A stretch of 64,000 nt of DNA from Halorussus marinus (GTDB lineage: Archaea > Halobacteriota > Halobacteria > Halobacteriales > Haladaptataceae): the NCBI RefSeq assembly GCF_004765795.1, contig NZ_SBIV01000007.1, positions 62,001-126,000 on the forward strand. The letters run 5' to 3'. The position numbers and the translations under genes were made by a program. Below, piece by piece: positions 57,284 through 64,000 of this stretch (position 1 is the stretch's first letter; each line of letters opens with the position of its first letter). Below the pieces are notes generated by a model that made no database searches, was not told the origin of the DNA, and worked only from the letters and a program-made list of their open reading frames with translations.

Positions 57284-58348
57284 GCGAGCGAAAAGACGGT
57301 TTCGGACGTACAGAATACGACCACCGAAGAACGCGGTCACGAGCCGACGGTCGAACACGAGCCGTCGGGGCGATCCACCTGTCCGGAGTGTGAGGGCCAG
57401 GTAATCACCGAAGACGAGCAGTCGTTCTGCACGGACTGCGGGCTGATCGTCGCCGACGAGTGGGTTGACCTGAGCCCGACGCTGAACGACCTGGGCCTGG
57501 CCGGAGACGCCGACCAGAGCATCGAGACAGTGGACCCGCTGCGGACGGACAAGGGCCTGCACACGAAGATTGGGAGGAACACCGACGGTCGCGGTAATCC
57601 CCTGAGCAACAAGCAGTGGGAGAAGGTCCAAAGCCTCCGGAAGTGGCACAAGCGGATGCAGTTCGGTGAGAAGCGCAAGCGGACGAAGCGGCTCAACGAG
57701 GGGCTGCGGGACGTCGAGATGATCGGCGGCAACCTGAGCTTGCCGGACCACGTCGTCAAGCAAGCAGCGCAACACCTCCGGAGCGCCTCGGAAGCGCGGT
57801 TGCCGGGCAGGCGGATGGCCTGGGAGGCACTCGCCGGCGGCGCCGTCCTCCTGGCCGCGCGGGCCTCATCGGTCGACCGAGACGAGATCGATATCGCGGT
57901 CGCGACGCACACCAAAGCGCCCCACGAGCGGGTGTGCGCTGCGGCACGGAAGATCCGGTGTGAATGCGGGTTCGACGCGCCGCTCATCAGGCCCAACGCC
58001 GTGATGGCGGTCGTCGACGCGCTCGATGACGATGCCATCCCCGGGGCGCGAGCGGTGCGGACGTGGCGACTGGCCCAACACCTGATGAAACTCGGCGACC
58101 AGGTGCCGATCGGGCCGGGAACGCCACGGTGCACCGTCGCGGCGTCAGCGCTGTACGCGGCGGATCGCTTGCTCTCGCGCAAGCATCTCACCCAGGAGCG
58201 GGTCGCTGCGGCGGCGAGCACGATTGTGCCGACGTCCCGAAACCGGATCGCGCGGTACAGTCGGGAGCTTGTCGACGCCTACGAAGCCGAACACAGCACT
58301 GACGACCCGGGTGTCGGGCTCGAAGAGGAACGGGACACCCTCCGCTGA
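57269..58348 (+). CDS. tfb: Divergent TFB-family protein
   Basis: CPEC..CTDCG, DKGLHTKIG and cyclin-like repeats (LPGR, G..P..VAASALY). The B-reader GPEWR motif is absent. Confidence 0.8.
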   Translation: MSSNNASEKTVSDVQNTTTEERGHEPTVEHEPSGRSTCPECEGQVITEDEQSFCTDCGLIVADEWVDLSPTLNDLGLAGDADQSIETVDPLRTDKGLHTKIGRNTDGRGNPLSNKQWEKVQSLRKWHKRMQFGEKRKRTKRLNEGLRDVEMIGGNLSLPDHVVKQAAQHLRSASEARLPGRRMAWEALAGGAVLLAARASSVDRDEIDIAVATHTKAPHERVCAAARKIRCECGFDAPLIRPNAVMAVVDALDDDAIPGARAVRTWRLAQHLMKLGDQVPIGPGTPRCTVAASALYAADRLLSRKHLTQERVAAAASTIVPTSRNRIARYSRELVDAYEAEHSTDDPGVGLEEERDTLR

Positions 58349-58544
58349 GCGGGGCACTCCCCCGTTTTTTAGTGGCGACCACCGCCCGTGGACGCCCCTC
58401 CGCCCCACCCACCGCTCCGTGCTCGCTCCCTGCGGTCGCTGCGCGCGCAGCCACAACCTCACTAACACCGGTATGGAGTCTCATCAACGGGGATGGAGAC
58501 GGTGTGTGGTTTGTCGCATCCAAGAGGAACGGAGTGAGAAACGA

Positions 58545-59168
58545 ATGAACGCTGTCCCATCATACACAGTCGATAGAGAGACTGCAGCGACGCTCCGAGA
58601 ATGGTTGTTCGAGAACGCTGTCGAGAAACACGGGGAGTCCGAGATCTCCGAGCCACTCGCGGAACTGGCGGCTGCCATCGACGGCGTGCTCTACGAGGAG
58701 GCAGAGGCCGTCGAACTCGGTGCGTGGGCACGGGCGGGTCCTCTGGGCCACCGAGATGCGTCACACGTCGACGGGAGCCCAGTCGATGAATCCCGATCAG
58801 ATGACGCATGCGAACCAGCTGGGCCTGATGCTCTCGATATTGGTAGCAGCAAGTCAGATCGCATCTCCGACACGCTTCCCGATTCGGCCTGGCAGCTCGA
58901 TCACGAGCAGTCCATGACGAACCAAGAGCGATCCCCGACAGCAGCGTCTCACGGCAAGACGACAGCGGGATCGAACCCCCGCACACGACGGCAACACCAC
59001 CGTCCGTCAGTCCGGTACCGCACAGCGTACGAGTGTTCCGTGTGCGGGAGCGTTCGTGAGTTAGAAACCTCGCTTCGAGTCTGTGCGTTCGTCGACGAGT
59101 GTCCCAGCTGCGGAGCAGTCGCTCGTTTTACCGCAGGCGGGATTCCTACGCCACTTAGAAAGGACTGA
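58545..59168 (+). CDS. Hypothetical protein with C-terminal Zn ribbon
   Basis: YECSVCG...CPSCG. Confidence 0.6.
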   Translation: MNAVPSYTVDRETAATLREWLFENAVEKHGESEISEPLAELAAAIDGVLYEEAEAVELGAWARAGPLGHRDASHVDGSPVDESRSDDACEPAGPDALDIGSSKSDRISDTLPDSAWQLDHEQSMTNQERSPTAASHGKTTAGSNPRTRRQHHRPSVRYRTAYECSVCGSVRELETSLRVCAFVDECPSCGAVARFTAGGIPTPLRKD

Positions 59169-59182
59169 TCGCAGCGCGGCGG

Positions 59183-59350
59183 TTACAGATCGCGCGGTTG
59201 GACCGTCTTCCGGTCATTCGCCTCAGCCCGTCGTGCGGCGTCGTCAAGCAGGTCGGCGACTTAGTCGTCCAGCGCCTCGTAGAAGTCTGCGGAGACGTTG
59301 GTGTCATCGAGTGCGTCCTTCACGGCCGATTTGACGATCAAGTCTGCCAT
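59183..59350 (-). pseudogene. Small acidic histone-fold (DUF1931-like) gene with premature stop
   Basis: MADLIVKSAVKDALDDTNVSADFYEALDD*VADLLDDAARRAEANDRKTVQPRDL. In-frame TAA at 59261-59263. Confidence 0.85.
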
Positions 59351-59544
59351 ACGCCCCAGTTCAGCCATCGCTCACATAAACGTAGATATTCTTCCTCGGA
59401 TTGTCGTCGCTCTTCGGCAATTACGAACAACAAGAAGCCGAATACGGCTCGTATCTTACCAAACACTGGAGGATGATACTGCGCAGCAATGTATGGTAAG
59501 GTTTCTCGAAAGGATCGAATGGTTATTCTCGTGAGGACGGTCGT

Positions 59545-59769
59545 TTACGGCGGACGAAGATCTCGCCATCGGACATCAACTTCCGTGTCATCACCCACCT
59601 GCACACGGTACAGCACAGTATCACGAATGTCTCCTGTGACCTCGCCGGCGTCGTCATCCAGGATCGCAGTGATCTCGCCCCGACTGCCGTGGAGACGGTC
59701 ATGATCTGGATCCGTCTCATCAGGGATGTCGATCCGGACACAGTCTCCCACGTCGAACCGACCTTTCAT
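59545..59769 (-). CDS. Small SH3/KOW-like hypothetical protein
   Basis: FDVGDCVRI...GEI...YRV...DLRP. Confidence 0.65.
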   Translation of the reverse strand: MKGRFDVGDCVRIDIPDETDPDHDRLHGSRGEITAILDDDAGEVTGDIRDTVLYRVQVGDDTEVDVRWRDLRPP

Positions 59770-59850
59770 CGTAGTCGCCCTCCCCAATACGTATCTGCCC
59801 TAAATCGATAAGCTGCAAGTCCAGATCTTTCTCTAAACAAGACGCCCATC

Positions 59851-61875
59851 CTACGTGAGGTTCCTAATCCTCCCAAGCATCCTCCTAAACTCTTCCACAT
59901 CGCTCTCGGTGACTTCCCGATTATTTGTCAATCTATCTTGGATCTCACGAGCCACCATAACTTTGTCCAAATCACCTCTATTTCGGTCCTCTAAAGCGTT
60001 CTCTACTCGATTTACTATTTTCCGACCTTTGTATTCCCGATCATCAATAGACCATACTTCGTCCTCAATTCCAATCTCGATTGGATCGAAATCATCGAAC
60101 TGCTCCTGATAAGCAGCGTTGACACTATCTATGTAGAATTCTGGGTCAAACAGATCCTCTATTTCGATGTTGAAATTCCGCTCATCATCGTCTTTTTCGA
60201 GTAGAACAATACGCTCTGGATTGATTTCATGATGCTGTTCTTCGATCTCCTGCTCTACCTCTTTGCCCTTGCTATCATTATCTAATAGCAACACGTATGA
60301 GAACTCCTCTGAAGCCACCCATTTCGCTGCTTGAACCATATTATTCCCACCATTTGTTGGCATAATCGTGATCTCATCCCACGATAAGATGTCTTCTTCA
60401 AGATGATCTCGATAATAGTTTGCCAGACCCGTCAGAATATCGTAGTCACTAACACCCTCTACGAGTATTTTCCTCTTCGAGACAAAAGGTGAATCACCTA
60501 ACCCTATCCCCAGAGCATTTCTGAGAGGTTCCAATGTCATCGCATCTGACTTGTGAAAGTCTTCTGTGACGACTGTCCCATCGTCTTCCCGATCTTCTAC
60601 AACCCGGATTCTATTCGGGTACTCTTTCCTGATGAGAAACGGGGAGTGAGACGAATATATGATCTGTGCGGACTCAGACAGTTGTTCAATCGCTCTGAGC
60701 CAGTTCTTTTTCCCTTCTGGATGAAGGAATACCGCTGGATCGTCGAGGAGGATTATCTGGTTAGGTGATTCTTCGTTATCCGTTTCGGCCCTCAAATTAA
60801 TGTAAAACGACAAGAACCACTGGAATCCCTTGCTACGTTCAGATGGTCGTTTGAGAGAACGGCTTACGTCCTGCTCCTCTCCATCTTCAGAATCTAAATG
60901 AGCAAGGGCGGTATCCTTGATACCTACTGTAAACCGATTATTCCGATAGTTGATTTCTACATCGACTTCTTTCTGCTCCCACAGCTCGTTTACCTGACCA
61001 CGTATCGTACCACTTGCCGATTCAAGGACTCGGTTCTGTTCATGGAGCCCCAAATTATCGAAATTCTCATAATCAAGCTCAACTATTCCTAATAGATTTC
61101 TAAACGTTCGATGTTCGTCAGAATCAACTGAATTCACTTGTACATCGTCACTAATCGTATCGAACCCGCCGTGATAGACTATTGGGGGGAGTAGATATCG
61201 AGGATCATTTTCTTCATCAATATGTTTGATGACATTATTGAGATCTTCAATTTCAGTACGCCATTTCTCCTTAGCATCTCTGATATCATCATTTTCTGCG
61301 GGTATATTTTCTAAAGCGTCCAGAAGATTACGTACCCAAGACTCCACCTGAGATAAGTCGGGGTTTTCGTTATTTCGTATTCTGTTTGCAGGGTTCTTTA
61401 TATTATTATCAAAGTGATTGCGGTAATTCCCTGAGTTCTCATTCCGAAGTGAATTCAGCTCTTGCCACATTTCCTCTACCGTCTCTTGAGCATTCTTTAC
61501 GGGATCAACATACTCACCGAGTTCCCTACCCTGCGGCGTGGAGAGTTCCCGAGTTCCGTCTGAATATTTTGTCGCTATTATTTCGTCGCCTTGTTCGAGG
61601 TCTCGAAACTCAGAAAATCTATCAGCGGCTTCACCACTAAGTTCAATCCTTAGACTTGTTATTGGGGCGTGATGATTCTCGGAATACTCCTTTCCGTCAT
61701 TCAGTTCACGATCTTGGATTTCTCGGTCCTGGTCAAAGTACCGTATTGCTTCTAAGAAGGATGTCTTTCCACTCTCGTTTCGACCTAGAAGTGTTGTTAT
61801 ATCGTCTTCAATCGGAACCCATTCTGTATCCACGATTGATTTATAATTCTGAATTCGAACCTGAGTGAGACGCAT
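59851..61875 (-). CDS. OLD-family ATP-dependent nuclease (ABC ATPase + TOPRIM)
   Basis: GRNESGKT, SKG, LLDDP..LHP and SHSP; TOPRIM LVEGVSD...GG...LLDND. Visibly AT-rich. Confidence 0.88.
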   Translation of the reverse strand: MRLTQVRIQNYKSIVDTEWVPIEDDITTLLGRNESGKTSFLEAIRYFDQDREIQDRELNDGKEYSENHHAPITSLRIELSGEAADRFSEFRDLEQGDEIIATKYSDGTRELSTPQGRELGEYVDPVKNAQETVEEMWQELNSLRNENSGNYRNHFDNNIKNPANRIRNNENPDLSQVESWVRNLLDALENIPAENDDIRDAKEKWRTEIEDLNNVIKHIDEENDPRYLLPPIVYHGGFDTISDDVQVNSVDSDEHRTFRNLLGIVELDYENFDNLGLHEQNRVLESASGTIRGQVNELWEQKEVDVEINYRNNRFTVGIKDTALAHLDSEDGEEQDVSRSLKRPSERSKGFQWFLSFYINLRAETDNEESPNQIILLDDPAVFLHPEGKKNWLRAIEQLSESAQIIYSSHSPFLIRKEYPNRIRVVEDREDDGTVVTEDFHKSDAMTLEPLRNALGIGLGDSPFVSKRKILVEGVSDYDILTGLANYYRDHLEEDILSWDEITIMPTNGGNNMVQAAKWVASEEFSYVLLLDNDSKGKEVEQEIEEQHHEINPERIVLLEKDDDERNFNIEIEDLFDPEFYIDSVNAAYQEQFDDFDPIEIGIEDEVWSIDDREYKGRKIVNRVENALEDRNRGDLDKVMVAREIQDRLTNNREVTESDVEEFRRMLGRIRNLT

Positions 61876-62212
61876 TTCTACTTAAACGCGAATACCACGC
61901 AAGATTGGTAAAGGTTCCTGTGCTTAAATCGATACAGTCGGTTTCTACGTATTTCATCTTCACAAATACTCAGTAAATCGAGGGCAGGACCACAGATCAG
62001 CACTTTCGTGGAGACAACCGAATCAGAGGATCTTACCAAACAATAGCAATCTTCACACCTATTCGTTAGGTAAGACATCGTCTCGAAACATCATATCACC
62101 ACGTTCTCCCCGTTAGTCAGCCAAAAGACCGAAGTTAGGATTGCTAAACTCAAATGGGAAATGTGTTTCTAGCACCCAAACTACTATGTGGTCGTAGTGT
62201 GCCAAACAAATT

Positions 62213-62863
62213 ATGCGCCTCACGGAGGCTCGTGAAGGGAAAACCAGAACCCAGGTCCTTGCGGCCGTCGCAGACTTACAGCGGAGCGATGGCCCGCCGA
62301 TCCAGAAGGACCTCGTTGAGAAGCTCCCGATGACGAAGGGTGCCGTCTCACAGAACTGCAGTCGACTCGTCGAGGAGTCACTACTGCAAGAACACGATGG
62401 CCGGTATCGCGTCGATACAGGCCGTCTCCTCGATGATTATCGAGAGCACTTCGAGGAATACCTGCGACGCGCACCACAGAGTGAGCTCTACGAGCAGGAG
62501 GTAGCAGATACCAACGAAACCCGCACGCGGACCAAGCGCTCGGCGACTGAGTACTTCGAAGCCGACCTCCTCGAAGACATCCTCCTCACGTCGCTCGTGA
62601 GCTCGCTCGGAAAGAACAATATCCAGACCCTCCGGGAGGTGTTCCTGTACACGGACGATATGCTCTACCACGTCGCCTACCGTGCTGTGAGCGCGGAGAC
62701 CGACGTGCCAGCAGAACTGAAGCCGATCCTCAGGCTGGCGGCGTGTCTGGACACCAGTCCTGACCTGGTAGAAGAACTCGCGAACAGACACGGTCTCCAC
62801 GCCGAACTCGCTGGCCAGTCGCCGGCGACCGAGATCGCCAAACACGCCTACGGAGGAGCCTAA
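62213..62863 (+). CDS. MarR-like wHTH protein upstream of hsdM
   Basis: QKDLVEKLPMTKGAVSQNCSRL. Stop lies 2 nt before the hsdM ATG. Confidence 0.75.
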   Translation: MRLTEAREGKTRTQVLAAVADLQRSDGPPIQKDLVEKLPMTKGAVSQNCSRLVEESLLQEHDGRYRVDTGRLLDDYREHFEEYLRRAPQSELYEQEVADTNETRTRTKRSATEYFEADLLEDILLTSLVSSLGKNNIQTLREVFLYTDDMLYHVAYRAVSAETDVPAELKPILRLAACLDTSPDLVEELANRHGLHAELAGQSPATEIAKHAYGGA

Positions 62864-62865
62864 CT

Positions 62866-64000
62866 ATGTCAAAGATCACCTCGTATACTGACTCGATCAC
62901 GCTGGAAGAGCTCGAAAACCACCTGTTCGAATGTGCGGACATCATCCGCAACACCGTCGACAAGACCGACTACAAGGACTACATTCTCCCGATGGTCTTC
63001 TACAAGACGCTCAGCGACACGTACGAAGACCAGCGGGAGGACGTCCTCGAGGAGTTCGGCGACGAGGAAATCGCCGACGACCCGAGTTTCTACGACTTCC
63101 CGATTCCCGAAGGCTACCGGTGGGCCGAGCTCCTCGATACGAACAAGAACGTCGACGAGTTCCTGAACGAGGCGTTCGAGGCGATCGAACGGGAGAACCC
63201 GGAGCTGCAGGATGCGTTCCGGGCCGACTACGTGAGCGCCGACGCACTGGACGACGACCGCCTCAAGGACCTCGCCCACCATCTCGACACGTACAATCTG
63301 AGCGCCGAACGCGTCCCGCCGGACATGCTCGGCGAGGCGTATATGGACCTCGTGAAGCACTTCGCCAGCGAGGAGGGGAAGGAGGGCGGCGAGTTCTTCA
63401 CCCCGCCGAATATCGTGAACATGATGGTCCGGCTTCTCGCACCCTTCGAGCCGGGCGATTCGTTCCACGACCCGACCTGTGGCTCCGCCGGGATGCTTGT
63501 CGAGGCGGCCCGGAACTTCCGGGAGGAGCAAGACGGCGATCCTACGAAGCTCCGGCTCACGGGCCAGGAGATGAATCCCGACGTCGCCGCTATCGCGAAG
63601 ATGAACCTATTCATCCACCGGTACGAGGGCGAGGTCGCACGGGAGGACTCGCTTCGCAATCCGCAGTTCACGACCGGCGACGCCGACCTCGAGACCTTCG
63701 ACTACGTCCTCGCCAATTTCCCGTTCTCGGCTGATTGGGCGAAAGACCAGCTGCAAGAGGACAAGTTCGGGCGCTTCGACTGGGCCAATAAGCTCCCCCG
63801 TGCGGATCGTGGCGACTATTCCTTCATCATGCACATGGAGGAACAGCTCAACGAGACAGGGCAGGCGGCGATTGTTGTCCCGCACGGCGTGCTGTTCCGA
63901 AAGCACGAGCAGCGGTATCGAGAGCCGATGATCGACCGCGACATCGTTGAAGCGGTGATCGGCTTACCCGAGAACCTGTTCCAAAACAACTCGATTCCGT
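62866..64000 (+). CDS. hsdM: Type I restriction-modification methyltransferase subunit (partial, runs off the window)
   Basis: YKDYILP, GEFFTP, DPTCGSAGML, GQE, NFPF, PHGVLFR and LPENLF. Missing from the ORF track because it has no stop in the window. Confidence 0.95.
   Translation, partial: MSKITSYTDSITLEELENHLFECADIIRNTVDKTDYKDYILPMVFYKTLSDTYEDQREDVLEEFGDEEIADDPSFYDFPIPEGYRWAELLDTNKNVDEFLNEAFEAIERENPELQDAFRADYVSADALDDDRLKDLAHHLDTYNLSAERVPPDMLGEAYMDLVKHFASEEGKEGGEFFTPPNIVNMMVRLLAPFEPGDSFHDPTCGSAGMLVEAARNFREEQDGDPTKLRLTGQEMNPDVAAIAKMNLFIHRYEGEVAREDSLRNPQFTTGDADLETFDYVLANFPFSADWAKDQLQEDKFGRFDWANKLPRADRGDYSFIMHMEEQLNETGQAAIVVPHGVLFRKHEQRYREPMIDRDIVEAVIGLPENLFQNNSIP

Noticed and set aside
58380..58460. 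REP/MITE-like GC-rich sequence after the second tfb
   Set aside because: Single weak copy with only loose similarity to 41090-41160. Not enough for a call.
1..64000. tRNA/rRNA genes, integrase, att sites, HUH relaxase
   Set aside because: None recognised by eye. tRNAscan and HMM searches were not run, so absence is provisional.

Overview
This is accessory haloarchaeal DNA: very acidic proteins, TFBs, Bat-type HTH_10 regulators, and ISH3 and IS1341 elements. The host is plausibly Halobacterium, from a remembered match to GdhX that I could not verify. The window looks like a mosaic, partly decayed conjugative or integrative element in three parts. (1) ~0.2-21.6 kb is metabolic and transport cargo: transporters, HemD, deoxyhypusine synthase, a FixI-like Cu ATPase, TnpB, an amidase, and glutamate dehydrogenase with a micro zinc-finger and a Bat-like sensor. 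(2) ~21.8-55.6 kb is a minus-strand backbone: truncated T4SS membrane gene, VirB4, a 1431-aa VirD4-like ATPase fused to putative nuclease and winged-helix domains, a repeat-rich spacer, a primase-polymerase, an SSB/RPA-like gene, TFB and many small genes. It also carries a Mom-like DNA-modification operon, TA modules, a redox block and a Zn/Cd ATPase. (3) Beyond an ISH3 that lacks a target duplication lie a second TFB-like gene, a histone-fold pseudogene, an AT-rich OLD-family nuclease and the start of a type I RM hsdM. The best unexplained signals are: a dispersed T-tract + hairpin leader (loop GA[G/T]GGGTG) in about 12 copies before backbone genes; a structured leader of about 200-400 nt duplicated with compensatory changes; the VirD4 fusion with a MOBC-like nuclease; and the Mom-like gene. 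All family calls come from reading motifs by eye; no searches were run.
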